DNA of 64,000 nucleotides from an uncultured Oscillospiraceae bacterium (GCA_964549135.1 CAZJUJ010000004.1:13453-77452); one strand, 5' to 3'. Positions 1-9,463 are shown, counted from the first letter of the stretch. Program-made: numbers and translations. Notes: a model not told the origin generated them from the sequence alone.

Positions 1-843
1 CGCAATGTCAAGGATATTTTTGAGGCCGATGATCTGACCATCGCCAATTTTGAAGGCGTGCTGGCGAATGATTATTCCATCCCCTCCAATAAGCGGGATA
101 ACAGCTATCTTTTCCTGGCCCCCACCAGCTATGTAGAGGCGCTGACCCAGAACAGCGTGGAGGCCGTCACCATGGAAAATAACCATGTGGGCGATTTCGG
201 GGATGACGGCATCGCCTCCACCATCCAAACCATGGAGGAGGCCGGCGTGGTCTGGAGCAATAAGGAAAATATGGGCGTGTATGAAACCCAGGGCGTGCGC
301 ATCGCCATGCTTGCCTATCAGACCCTCAATCAGCCCATCTCCTCGGAGGAATTAAAGCATGTGGTGGATGCGGATATTCAGGCCGCCAGGGCCACCTGCG
401 ATCTGGTGATCGTTTCCTTCCATTGGGGCAATGAATTGGATTATGCCCCCCGGGATAATCAGATCATGCTGGGCCGCGCCGCCATTGATTCCGGGGCCGA
501 TCTGGTGCTGGGGCATCATAGCCATCGCATCAATCCCATCGAGGAATATAACGGCAAATATATCGTCTATTCCCTGGCCAATTGCTCCTTTGCGGGCAAT
601 AATAAGCCCAGCGATATGTTCACCTTCATTTTCCAGACCCGCTTTAAGATCAAGGACGGCGAAATTCTCTCCAATTCCTTCCGCATCATTCCCTGCCGCA
701 TTTCTTCCCGAAAGGATTATAACGATTTCGCCATTACGCCCCTGACCGAGCAAAGCAATATCGATACCGTGCTTTCCACCCTGCAGAAGCATGGCAAGAA
801 TCTCACCTATCATGTAAGCTCCTATCCCATGGAATGGCAATAA
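1..843 (+). CDS. CapA-family metallophosphatase-like protein (capsule/poly-gamma-glutamate synthesis CapA family), 5' end cut by window edge
   Basis: Frame 1 is open from nt 1 (RNVKDIFEADDLTIANFEGVLA) into ORF 58..843. Motifs ANFE, ENNHxxDFG, SFHWGNE and GHHSH are typical of the CapA family. Confidence 0.8.
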   Translation, partial: RNVKDIFEADDLTIANFEGVLANDYSIPSNKRDNSYLFLAPTSYVEALTQNSVEAVTMENNHVGDFGDDGIASTIQTMEEAGVVWSNKENMGVYETQGVRIAMLAYQTLNQPISSEELKHVVDADIQAARATCDLVIVSFHWGNELDYAPRDNQIMLGRAAIDSGADLVLGHHSHRINPIEEYNGKYIVYSLANCSFAGNNKPSDMFTFIFQTRFKIKDGEILSNSFRIIPCRISSRKDYNDFAITPLTEQSNIDTVLSTLQKHGKNLTYHVSSYPMEWQ

Positions 844-876
844 TCCCCCACGAAAGAAAGCACCGCAAAGGATGAT

Positions 877-1842
877 GTGGCTGTGCATGCCAGAATAATG
901 CTGCTGCCCGCAAGCGCGCCCGGCGAAAAGCTGTGCGGCTTTGCCGAGCAGATTCTTACCGAGGTTTCCGCCGCCTTTCAGCATAGCTTTTCGCTGATGC
1001 GGGGAAAAATCGGCGAAAAATCCCTGGCCGCCCGTCAGGAGGCGCTGACGGAGGAAACGGCGGATGCCTGTCTCAAATGCCAGGCGGTGCTGCTCTGCGA
1101 CGCCGAATGCCCCGGGGCCCAGGCGCTTTATGACGCCCTGGATCTGCCGCTTCGCATCCGCTCCTTCTGCGTGCCGGATGCCCTGTGCGGCCGCCATGAG
1201 GCCCCTGTTTCCCTCTGGCTGGCCCAGGCGCTCTCCATCGATGATGATACCCTGCGCCGCGCCGCCCATTCCGCCCTCCTGTTTGCCCAGGAGATGGATA
1301 TCCCCTTTTCCCATGTGCCCCCTGCCGGGGCGTCCAGGGAGAATTGGGAGGAAATCCTCCGGGAAAAAAGCGCCGCCTTCCCCGCCGTTTCGGCTGCCGC
1401 CCTTTCCGCACCGGATGCAGCCGCCGCGCTGGTTTCCGCCCCCAATCAATTGGGGCTGTTCTTCTGCCCGCCCTATGCCGGGGGCATCCTGCATGCCGCC
1501 GCCACCGCTCTTTGCAATTATCCCGCCATGATGCATGACGCCGCCTTTGACGAGGAAATCGGCGTGTATGCGCCCTATATCCCGAAAGATCAGCAGCCGG
1601 AGGACTGCGCGCCCTTCGCCGTTGCCCTGTCGGTCGGGGCGATGCTGCGCTATTCGCTGCATCTTTTGCGGGAGGCCGGCTGCGTGGAGGCCGCCGTCAA
1701 TAATGTGCTTTCCTCCGGCTGGCGCACCCCCTCCTCCCATGGCGCAGACGGCACGCAGAAAACCGGCCAGGAATTGGTTGATCTCATCTGCGAGCAGATT
1801 TCCGTTGCCGGGGAACTGATGGGCAAGGCCGGCATTACCTGA
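877..1842 (+). CDS. Isocitrate/isopropylmalate dehydrogenase-fold protein, apparently catalytically degenerate
   Basis: GTG start. N-terminus RIMLLPAS and C-terminus FAVALSVGAMLRYSL..EAAVNNVL resemble IPMDH, but the GDILSD-type metal site reads GGILHA. Confidence 0.6.
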   Translation: MAVHARIMLLPASAPGEKLCGFAEQILTEVSAAFQHSFSLMRGKIGEKSLAARQEALTEETADACLKCQAVLLCDAECPGAQALYDALDLPLRIRSFCVPDALCGRHEAPVSLWLAQALSIDDDTLRRAAHSALLFAQEMDIPFSHVPPAGASRENWEEILREKSAAFPAVSAAALSAPDAAAALVSAPNQLGLFFCPPYAGGILHAAATALCNYPAMMHDAAFDEEIGVYAPYIPKDQQPEDCAPFAVALSVGAMLRYSLHLLREAGCVEAAVNNVLSSGWRTPSSHGADGTQKTGQELVDLICEQISVAGELMGKAGIT

Positions 1843-1850
1843 CCCCCCTG

Positions 1851-2023
1851 CCTCATCCCCACACCCAAACCGCGTTCCTTTCCGGTATCTAAACCATCAT
1901 TCAACTCCCGTATCCAAACCGGCATTTCATCACCTATCCAAACTACCGTTCCATCCTTTATCAAGTCTGGCGTTCCATCCCCTATCCAAACCGACACCTC
2001 ATTTCCGCGTCCAATCTCCCGCG
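1851..2023. repeat. Degenerate tandem array of about seven ~25-nt units (core TATCCAAACC...CGTTCCATCC)
   Basis: Reading the sequence gives units CGGTATCTAAACCATCATTCAACTC / CCGTATCCAAACCGGCATTTCATCAC / CTATCCAAACTACCGTTCCATCCTT / TATCAAGTCTGGCGTTCCATCCC / CTATCCAAACCGACACCTCATTTCCG. The array lies between the stop at 1842 and the terminator at 2035. Confidence 0.6.
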
Positions 2024-2034
2024 CTACGCATACG

Positions 2035-2075
2035 AAAAAGGCCTTTCCCTGTTTTTAGCAGAGAAAGACCTTTTT
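2035..2075. terminator. Bidirectional intrinsic terminator between convergent genes
   Basis: AAAAAGG-C-CTTTCCCTG-tttttag-CAGAGAAAG-A-CCTTTTT. Long stem flanked by an A-tract and a T-tract. Confidence 0.6.
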
Positions 2076-2181
2076 GCTGTTCAAACCGATATCGTCCGCC
2101 CATCATTTCCCTGGGGCGAATGCAATCATTGCGGGGGCTGATGAGGGAAAAAGCGCCCTCCAGCAATATTTTCCCGTCCCG

Positions 2182-3135
2182 CTATTTCTTCATCACGATC
2201 TGATACGCCGTGCAGCCGATGCCGATGCAGCAGGCGGCCATCACGCTATAGCAGGCCCAGACGGGGATCACCGCCGATTTATCAATCGCAAATTCCATCC
2301 AGATGCTGATGCCGATGCAGAGCAGGAAAATCCCGAAGCAGGCGGCCATGCGTGCGGGCGGCATCCGCCTGTCCCGGGGCCGCCGAAGCCATGGGATCAG
2401 CGCCGCCAGCATAAGCCCTGCCAGCACCAGCACCGCCGTCAGCTGGCTCACCCGCACAAACAGCCACCGGAGAAAATTATCCCGCCGCAGGCTTTCCAAT
2501 AAAATCTGGCAGGTGCAATAGAGGATCAGGAATACCCTGGCCTCCTCCCCTGCCGCTCCGCGCTTTTTCAGCATAAGCACCAGGAAAATGGCCAGCGCCG
2601 CCGCGCCCTCCAGCAGGAAAATGGCCCAATACCATTCCCCGTATTCATTGCATACCGCAAAGGGAAAACGCCAGAAGGCCTCGTTTTCCACATACATGCC
2701 AATGCCCTCGCCGCTGAAAAACTCCGCAAAGCGGCAAAGGGCAATGGTCAGCGCCCCGGGGGCCGCCAGGGCATCCAGGATCGCCGCGCATTTCTGCCCG
2801 GTGATTTTCGCAGTCATCAGGGCGGCCAGCGCCGCGCCCCCCGCCGCGCCCCAGAGGGCATAGCCCCCGTCAAAGAGGCGCAGCATATTTCCCGCGCCGA
2901 TTTCCAGATAAAAGCTGATCCGGGCCAGGCAATAGAAAGCCCGTGCGCCGAGCAGGCCCAGGGGCAGCGAAAGCATGGCGAAAATCCCGGCGGTATCCGC
3001 CTTGAGCCCCCGCCTTTTCTGCTCCCGCCCAAGCAGCCATAGGCCCAGCGCCAGCGAAAGCACAACGCACAGGGCATAGGCCGTCACCGGCCTGCCAAAG
3101 ATCGTAAAGAGCGTATAGCGAGCCATCGTTTCCAT
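2182..3135 (-). CDS. lgt: Prolipoprotein diacylglyceryl transferase
   Basis: 317-aa polytopic membrane protein. The N-terminal pattern (GRPVTAYALCVVLSLALGLWL..GARAFYCL, FDGGYALWGAAGGAALA) matches the Lgt family layout. Confidence 0.75.
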   Translation of the reverse strand: METMARYTLFTIFGRPVTAYALCVVLSLALGLWLLGREQKRRGLKADTAGIFAMLSLPLGLLGARAFYCLARISFYLEIGAGNMLRLFDGGYALWGAAGGAALAALMTAKITGQKCAAILDALAAPGALTIALCRFAEFFSGEGIGMYVENEAFWRFPFAVCNEYGEWYWAIFLLEGAAALAIFLVLMLKKRGAAGEEARVFLILYCTCQILLESLRRDNFLRWLFVRVSQLTAVLVLAGLMLAALIPWLRRPRDRRMPPARMAACFGIFLLCIGISIWMEFAIDKSAVIPVWACYSVMAACCIGIGCTAYQIVMKK

Positions 3136-3147
3136 CTGGATTTCCCC

Positions 3148-4035
3148 TTAATCAGGCTGATAGGCGCAGGCAAAATAGAGAATATCGCAAAGGGGCCGCC
3201 GCTTGGGATTATTGGGCGAATTGATCTTGTCATTCTGGAAGACCATGGTGGTGGAGGAGCCGCCATCCAGATTATAGGCGTTCTGCACGCCCTCAAAGGA
3301 GGCAACCAATTCGGAAAACTGCTCCAGATTCATGCCAACAGAGCCGGGATCCTCCGGCCCCTCGGCGGCGATGCACAGGTATTCCAGCGGCCCAACCTGG
3401 GCCAGGCACATCCGCTGGGCCGATTTCAGGGCGGCGTTATCCATATCCACATAGCCGGTCTGGCGCACGCCATCGATGACCAGCCCCGGGCCAAAGGTAT
3501 AGCCGTTAATGACCGTTCCATCAAAGGCCTCGATATCCGCATTGGTGGCATTCTTGAAAATATGCAGATCGCCCTTATCATCAATGATCAGCACATCATA
3601 ATCCCCATTGCATTTGGTGCGGTATACCTTGCCCTGCCGCGCCACATAGCCCACCCCATTACGGGCGGAGAAAAAATCGCCGTTGATGGCCAGCACCGCA
3701 TTGACCCGCTTGGCCATGGAGGTGCCCATCAGGGTGGAGGGGGAATAATAGCTCTGGGCCATGGCCGAGCGGAGCTGGCTGGCGCCTGCAATTTTCACAT
3801 GGGCCACCACATAATTGGTATCGTAGATGCGGCCCTTTTCGATCTTGACGGAAATGGAGGGATCCTCATATTCCCATTCGCCGGTATAGCCCTCCGGAAG
3901 GGGCTTGAGCCCCGCCTTGGCATCCAGCGCCAGCTCCGTCACCTCGGCCTGGGCGATAATCGTGCCCGAGGGCACCAGCACCAGCAGCATCAGCAGCATC
4001 AGCACAATCAGCAGCGTCCTGATCGTTTTTTTCAT
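3148..4035 (-). CDS. Secreted phosphodiester glycosidase (NAGPA/DUF2233) family protein
   Basis: Signal peptide MKKTIRTLLIVLMLLMLLVL. C-terminal NLDGGSSTTMVF motif. AGGAGG RBS upstream. Confidence 0.75.
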   Translation of the reverse strand: MKKTIRTLLIVLMLLMLLVLVPSGTIIAQAEVTELALDAKAGLKPLPEGYTGEWEYEDPSISVKIEKGRIYDTNYVVAHVKIAGASQLRSAMAQSYYSPSTLMGTSMAKRVNAVLAINGDFFSARNGVGYVARQGKVYRTKCNGDYDVLIIDDKGDLHIFKNATNADIEAFDGTVINGYTFGPGLVIDGVRQTGYVDMDNAALKSAQRMCLAQVGPLEYLCIAAEGPEDPGSVGMNLEQFSELVASFEGVQNAYNLDGGSSTTMVFQNDKINSPNNPKRRPLCDILYFACAYQPD

Positions 4036-4053
4036 CTTTCTTCCTCCTTGGCC

Positions 4054-5976
4054 TCAGGGCAGCATCTGCCCGTTTTCAAATTGGATGATTCCCGTCTCCA
4101 GGAAGGATGCCGGGGGATTTTCGCAGTTTTTGTATTCCTTGCTAAAGGTCAGCTTCTCCAGAATCTCTCTCCGCTCCGCCGCATCCGTCACCTCATAGGG
4201 GCGGTAATCGGGGCTGCCCTGGGTCTTGCAGGGGATAACCTGCATCTGCCTGAGCTGCACCTGACCGTCAGTTTTCTCATAGGTCAGCTGGAAAATGCCG
4301 GTAGACGGATCGACAGCCGACATGGTGCCGAAGGTAAAATTGCCGGTGGAATAGAGGATGGGCTTGCCCATATAGAACTGAATGGGCTGAATCACATGGG
4401 GATGATGCCCCCAGATCACATCCGCCCCGGCCTTAATGACCTCCCTGGCGTAAGCCATCTGCCAGGATTCGGGGGTCATATGGGTTTCTCTCCCCCAGTG
4501 CAGGCTTACCACCACCAGATCGCAGCCCTCATTTTCCTTGAGTTTCTTAATCCGGCTGGCAATCTTTTTCTGATCCGAATCCTGGGGATAGCTGAAGCCG
4601 ATAAAGCCGATGCGGATATCGCCCACATCCTGAATTCCCAGATCGTCATAGCCGTTTTCCCGCCCGGGATAGACCGAGCCAAACCGGGCGATGCCCGCCG
4701 CATCCAGGCATTCGATGCTGTCCTGATAGCCGGTCTGCATAAAATCCATGCAGTGGTTGTTGACGGTATTGACCATCTCCACGCTGCCCTCCAGCAGGAT
4801 CTGCACATGATCGGGATCTGCCGTCAGGTTATACATCTTGTCCGTATGCTTGGTGCGGTTGGTGAATACCACCTCCAGATTGGCGATGGTCAGATCATCC
4901 GCCGCCAGATAATCCTTAACCAGGGAAAAGGGCCAGGCATAGCCCTTGGCATCGATGGTGGTATGATAGGAGGAATCGGCCTTCTTATACTGCTCGGAAT
5001 CGCCGATGCTGCAATCCCCCACAAAGGAAAGGGTAATCCCGCTCTTCTCCTTTTCCGGCGCTTCCGTGGGCCGGGGAATATCCGTAGGCACGGGGGTTTC
5101 CGCCGCGGGGATTATTTCCGTTTGAGGAATAGTCACAATTGCGGCCTCTGCCGCCGGGGCAGCCGTCTGCGGCAGCGCAGATGGGGCGTTCGTCGCCGGC
5201 ACAGCGGCGGGGGCGGGCGTTTCCGCTTCCCCGGTATAAACCAGCGTAAAGGGATCATCCTTGGCGCCGCTGCCGCCCGAAATGGCCACCCGGCTCAGAT
5301 CCAGCCGCACGGAAAGCCGCAAGCCCACGTTTACCCGGGTATACGCACCCCAGCTGAGATGACCGTTATAGCCGATCAACTGCAGCTTGTAATCCTCCGG
5401 ATCCTTGATGGTAGCCGCCCAGTAGGGGCTTTTGTTGATGCTGCGATCCACATAGAGATTGCGCTGCTTGATGCAGTAGGGCGTGCCCACCGCCTGGCGG
5501 GATTTCTGCTCATTCCACATATTGGCGGAAAAGCCGTAATCCGTGGTCAGAAACTGCTCGCTGGTAAGAATGAATACCCGCCCGCCGTTTTCCGGGATCA
5601 GCGCGCCGGTAATATCTGCATCGCCAAAGAGACGGGAAACCATTTCCGTATCCAGCCAGGGGCAAAGATCGCTTTCCTCATACTGGCTGATGCGGCGATA
5701 GGTGCGGTTTTCGATCACCTTCTGATCGGTTTCAAAGATGGCCTGCTGGGTATCGATAATGTATTCGGTCAGCATCAGGGCAGTGCCATCCTCAATGCCC
5801 AGCACCCGCCAAAGCACCGGCGCCTCGGCCCCATCCTTTTCGTAGGGATATTCCCCCAGCAGCACATACTGGTATCCCTTTCCCTTTTCGTAGCCGCGAA
5901 GCGCCGTCTCCGCCGGGGCGGAAAGGGGCAGAAGCAGCATCAGCAGCGCCAAGAGCGCCAAGAGCATTTTTTTCAC
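4054..5976 (-). CDS. Secreted two-domain protein: N-terminal DUF6273-like domain, Pro/Ala/Thr linker, C-terminal CapA-family domain
   Basis: Best start is GTG at 5976, 6 nt after AAGGAGG, giving the signal peptide VKKMLLALLALLMLLLPLSAPAE. The C-terminal part carries SFVGDCSIGD, NNHCMDF, SLHWGRE and GHHPH. Confidence 0.75.
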   Translation of the reverse strand: MKKMLLALLALLMLLLPLSAPAETALRGYEKGKGYQYVLLGEYPYEKDGAEAPVLWRVLGIEDGTALMLTEYIIDTQQAIFETDQKVIENRTYRRISQYEESDLCPWLDTEMVSRLFGDADITGALIPENGGRVFILTSEQFLTTDYGFSANMWNEQKSRQAVGTPYCIKQRNLYVDRSINKSPYWAATIKDPEDYKLQLIGYNGHLSWGAYTRVNVGLRLSVRLDLSRVAISGGSGAKDDPFTLVYTGEAETPAPAAVPATNAPSALPQTAAPAAEAAIVTIPQTEIIPAAETPVPTDIPRPTEAPEKEKSGITLSFVGDCSIGDSEQYKKADSSYHTTIDAKGYAWPFSLVKDYLAADDLTIANLEVVFTNRTKHTDKMYNLTADPDHVQILLEGSVEMVNTVNNHCMDFMQTGYQDSIECLDAAGIARFGSVYPGRENGYDDLGIQDVGDIRIGFIGFSYPQDSDQKKIASRIKKLKENEGCDLVVVSLHWGRETHMTPESWQMAYAREVIKAGADVIWGHHPHVIQPIQFYMGKPILYSTGNFTFGTMSAVDPSTGIFQLTYEKTDGQVQLRQMQVIPCKTQGSPDYRPYEVTDAAERREILEKLTFSKEYKNCENPPASFLETGIIQFENGQMLP

Positions 5977-6032
5977 GGGCGACCTCCTTAAAAATTGCAT
6001 CCATTTCATTATATATTTATTTCAAATGGATG

Positions 6033-6956
6033 TCAATTCAAAAGGCGGCGGATTTCCTCCGGCAGGGCGGATTGGATGCAGATTTCCCTGCCGGAAATCG
6101 GATGCTGAAAGGAAAGCAGGCAGGCATGCAGGGCGAAGCGCCCGGGGAGGGCGTCATGGGGCGTGCCATAGAGATAATCCCCCAGAATGGGGCAGCTCAG
6201 GGCGCTCAGATGCACCCGGATCTGATGGGTGCGCCCCGTTTCCAGCCTTAGCCGCACCAGGGAAAGGCCGTTTTTTTCCTCCTCCACCCGGTAATGGGTC
6301 ACGGCCTCCTTGCCGTCCGGGCAGATTTCCCGCTTGCTTCCCGGCCCGGTTTTGCCGATGGGCAGGGCGATGATCCCCTCCTTTTCCGGCAAATGCCCCA
6401 GGCACAGGGCCTCATATTCCCGGATAAAGGCCGGGGTATGCAGCCGCTTCTGCAATAGCTGCTGGGCATGGGCATTCCGCGCCACCGCCATCAGCCCGCT
6501 GGTGCCCTTATCCAGGCGATTGACCGGGCGAAATACATAATCTTTGGGGCAGGAAAGATAGGCATACAGCCCGTTTTCCAGCGTCGGCCCCTCCTGATGC
6601 ACGGAGCAGAGGGTGGGCAGCGGCGCGGGCTTATCGATGATGAAATAATCCTCATCCTCATAGGCGATGGAAAGGGGCACGTCATGGGGGATCATCTCCG
6701 CCCCCGTATCGGTAAGCACTGCGGAAAGAATCTGCCCGGCATGCACCCGCACATCGGCATGCACATTTTTCTCATCCAGAAAAATGCCGCCGCTGAATTT
6801 CAGGCGGGTAAACTGGGTATAGGAAAGCTGCATTTCATTCCGGGCGATGGATTTTACCGTCCGCCCCTCCTCCTCTGGGCGGATCAGATGCTCGATGCGG
6901 CGCAAGAAATTCTCCTCCATCTTTTGAAAAAGTCGCGTGCCCCACAAGGGAGACAC
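6033..6956 (-). CDS. RluA-family 23S rRNA/tRNA pseudouridine synthase
   Basis: HQIRVHLS, RLDKGTSGLM and the S4-like N-terminus. The start could instead be Met-13 (6920). Confidence 0.85.
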   Translation of the reverse strand: MSPLWGTRLFQKMEENFLRRIEHLIRPEEEGRTVKSIARNEMQLSYTQFTRLKFSGGIFLDEKNVHADVRVHAGQILSAVLTDTGAEMIPHDVPLSIAYEDEDYFIIDKPAPLPTLCSVHQEGPTLENGLYAYLSCPKDYVFRPVNRLDKGTSGLMAVARNAHAQQLLQKRLHTPAFIREYEALCLGHLPEKEGIIALPIGKTGPGSKREICPDGKEAVTHYRVEEEKNGLSLVRLRLETGRTHQIRVHLSALSCPILGDYLYGTPHDALPGRFALHACLLSFQHPISGREICIQSALPEEIRRLLN

Positions 6957-6983
6957 GCGGCGGCAGAAGCAATTCGTTTTTTC

Positions 6984-7904
6984 TTAATCCATGATGCCAA
7001 TCATCTGCTGCCTGAGGGCGGCCCGCTCGGGCAGATTGATCCAGAACCGGGTCAGCTTCCGGCTGTTGGTCACATAATCCCGGAAATTCACCCGGTTGCG
7101 CACAAAGAGAAGCACGTTGGTATCCCCGTTCAGATCATTGGCAATGCTGATATCCTGACCAAAGCGGAAGCCCAGATCATCCATGGTTTCGGGCTCCACA
7201 TTTTTCACGCTGGCCAGATCGGAAAAGAACGTGAAATATTCGGATACGGTTTCGGTGTTCCCGCCCTCATCGGCGCAGAAATTCTCATAGGTCACCCGCA
7301 CCGTATCGCCGTTTACATCCACATATACTTCGCCGATAACATATACGCTGCCCGCCACATATTCAAATACCTGGCGGCCCGATCTGCTCAGATCGATGGG
7401 CGTAAACATATACCATTTGTCCGTCAGCCCCGGCTTGATTTCCCGGAACTGGGGGCCGAAGCTACAGGCGGTATTGTTGGGATACCAGGTGGCCCTTTCC
7501 ACGCAGACGGTGCTTCCGTCCTCATCCAAACGATAATAGAGATTGTAGGTATAGGTTTTCCCATCCATTTCAAAGGCGGCCTTCATGCGCTTGACGGGCT
7601 TGGAATAGCTGAGCCCCGTCTTGTCATAGGGAACAGACCAGGTGATTTCCTGCCCGGCGGCAATGCCATAGCGGGTTTCGGTATAGGCCGCGCTTCCGGT
7701 GCGGGTATCGGTCAGGGTAAATACGATTTTCCCGCTCCTGGTGCTTGCCACCTTGGTTTTCAGCGCGTTTTCGCTGCCGCCCTGGCTCAATTCCCGGGTG
7801 CCAAGGAAAGAGATCGTCAGGGGCTTTTCCTCTGCAACGCAGACCATGGGCAGCATGAGCGCTGCCAGCAGCAGCATAATCAGTAAGGAACGCAAGGCTT
7901 TCAT
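6984..7904 (-). CDS. Secreted hypothetical protein
   Basis: Start chosen at MKALRSLLIMLLLAALMLPMVCVAEE (AAGGAG RBS upstream). No recognisable family. Confidence 0.6.
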   Translation of the reverse strand: MKALRSLLIMLLLAALMLPMVCVAEEKPLTISFLGTRELSQGGSENALKTKVASTRSGKIVFTLTDTRTGSAAYTETRYGIAAGQEITWSVPYDKTGLSYSKPVKRMKAAFEMDGKTYTYNLYYRLDEDGSTVCVERATWYPNNTACSFGPQFREIKPGLTDKWYMFTPIDLSRSGRQVFEYVAGSVYVIGEVYVDVNGDTVRVTYENFCADEGGNTETVSEYFTFFSDLASVKNVEPETMDDLGFRFGQDISIANDLNGDTNVLLFVRNRVNFRDYVTNSRKLTRFWINLPERAALRQQMIGIMD

Positions 7905-8153
7905 TTCTTTCTTCACTCCTTCTATTTCGGCTCTCCTGCGAAAACCATTATACATAATAATAGACGGAAAAGCAAACCCTTTCGTTTCCTTTTTTCGGCG
8001 CGCCTCTCAAAATTTACAATTCATCTTTGCGTTCTGCCCATTTTCAGGCCGCAATATCTATGCATTAATTGTGAAATTCGGTCACCCGTATTGACATTGT
8101 ATGATTTGGGATATAGAATAAGGAGGTACTCAGGAAAATGGAGGATGAAGACA

Positions 8154-9029
8154 ATGGCGGATTCCCTTTTGTTTCAGAACAGCCCCGATCAGGCGGATAT
8201 GCCTGCTGTATTGGTAGAAGGCTCCCATACCCCCGATGCCCTGGCGGGCGCCAGCGGCGTTTATATTGCAGCCTCCGGCTCGGCCATGCTGCAGAGCGGC
8301 GTGCATCATCTGCGCGCCATGGATCATTGGCTGTGGCTGGCTGTGGAAGGCGGCGCGCTGGTGCTGGAGAATGAGGATGTCTCTTTGAATCTGCGCGCCG
8401 GCGATTGCTGCATGCTGCCCCCCGCCTCCCGGGATGTGGTGCTGGATGCGGCTCAGGAGGCCCGGGTGCTTTGGATCATGGTGGGCGGCACCCTTTCCGG
8501 CGCTTTCCTGCAGCGGATGGGCGCGCTGCCCCATCGGATTATGAAGCAGGGCGCGCTGCCCAGCCAGCTGAATCTGGCCAAGCATATCGTGCAGGCCACC
8601 GTCCGCGTAGCCGCGGCGGAGGATGCCTCCAGCGCCCAGCTGCAGCAGCTGCTCTGGGCCATGCTGGCCTCCCATTCCGGTCAGCCCGTGGCCATGGATG
8701 CCGTGCTTTCCCATGAAATTGCCAAGGTCGTGGATGCCATGCGCAAGAATCAGTATCGCGATAGCTTCTCCCTAAGCGATATGGCCGCCCTCTCCCGCAT
8801 GCCGGTGGAAACCTTCCGCAAGCGCTTTGTATCCGAGGTGGGCATGCCGCCCCAGAGCTATCAGCTCTTCTGCAAGATGGAGCGGGCCAAGGTGCTGCTC
8901 AAGGAGGGCTGCACCGTGCGCCAGGCCGGCGTGGAGGTCGGCATGAACGATCCCTACCACTTCTCCAAAACCTTTAAGAATATCGTGGGCATGAGTCCCT
9001 CCGCCTACAGCAAGACGGCCCTCAAATGA
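8154..9029 (+). CDS. AraC-family transcriptional regulator (cupin-like N-terminus, HTH C-terminus)
   Basis: C-terminal AraC HTH (FSLSDMAALSRMPVETFRKRF...MNDPYHFSKTFKNIVGMSPSAY). ATG 8154 lies 9 nt after GGAGG; earlier in-frame starts at 8091 and 8145 remain possible. Confidence 0.8.
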   Translation: MADSLLFQNSPDQADMPAVLVEGSHTPDALAGASGVYIAASGSAMLQSGVHHLRAMDHWLWLAVEGGALVLENEDVSLNLRAGDCCMLPPASRDVVLDAAQEARVLWIMVGGTLSGAFLQRMGALPHRIMKQGALPSQLNLAKHIVQATVRVAAAEDASSAQLQQLLWAMLASHSGQPVAMDAVLSHEIAKVVDAMRKNQYRDSFSLSDMAALSRMPVETFRKRFVSEVGMPPQSYQLFCKMERAKVLLKEGCTVRQAGVEVGMNDPYHFSKTFKNIVGMSPSAYSKTALK

Positions 9030-9463
9030 TGCCCGCCTCCCTTCTCTCCCCTGGGCTGCCCCCTGAAAAGGCGCGGCAGCTTTCTCCGCTTCAATTGGCC
9101 TATGTGGGCGACAGCGTCCATGCGCTGCTGGTGCGCACCTATCTCATCGGGGCCGGATTAAAGGTCAGGGATATGCATCTCTGCGCCAATCAGGCGGTAA
9201 ACGCCGCTTCCCAGGCCCGTGCGCTGCAGCAGATCCTGCCCCTGCTTACGGAGGAGGAAAGCGCCATCGTCAGGCGCGGCCGCAATGCCCATCCCCATCA
9301 CAGCGCCCCCAAATCCGCCAGCACGGGCGAATACGCCGGGGCCACGGGGCTGGAGGCGCTGCTGGGGTATCTCTATCTTACCGGGGCGATGGACAGGCTC
9401 GATTTTCTCGCCCCCTATCTCTGCCCGGAGGAAATTTCATGCCGCAGAAACACTTACGGGTGA
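9026..9463 (+). CDS. mrnC: Mini-ribonuclease 3
   Basis: LAYVGDSVHALLVRTYL and RRGRNA motifs. Conserved position upstream of rlmB/sigH. Confidence 0.85.
   Translation: MMPASLLSPGLPPEKARQLSPLQLAYVGDSVHALLVRTYLIGAGLKVRDMHLCANQAVNAASQARALQQILPLLTEEESAIVRRGRNAHPHHSAPKSASTGEYAGATGLEALLGYLYLTGAMDRLDFLAPYLCPEEISCRRNTYG

Noticed and set aside
3562-5991. Very long ORFs antisense to annotated genes. Examples: 3562..5991 (809 aa), 352..1740, 6468..7886, 15957..18044, 25338..27242, 31393..32955, 37425..39326, 47897..49513, 54186..55769, 58330..59943.
   Set aside because: Each lies exactly opposite a gene with strong family motifs. Their translations are low-complexity Gly/His/Arg/Pro/Gln/Ile-rich strings with no recognisable motifs or RBS. 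Such shadow ORFs are expected in GC-rich genomes with strong codon bias.
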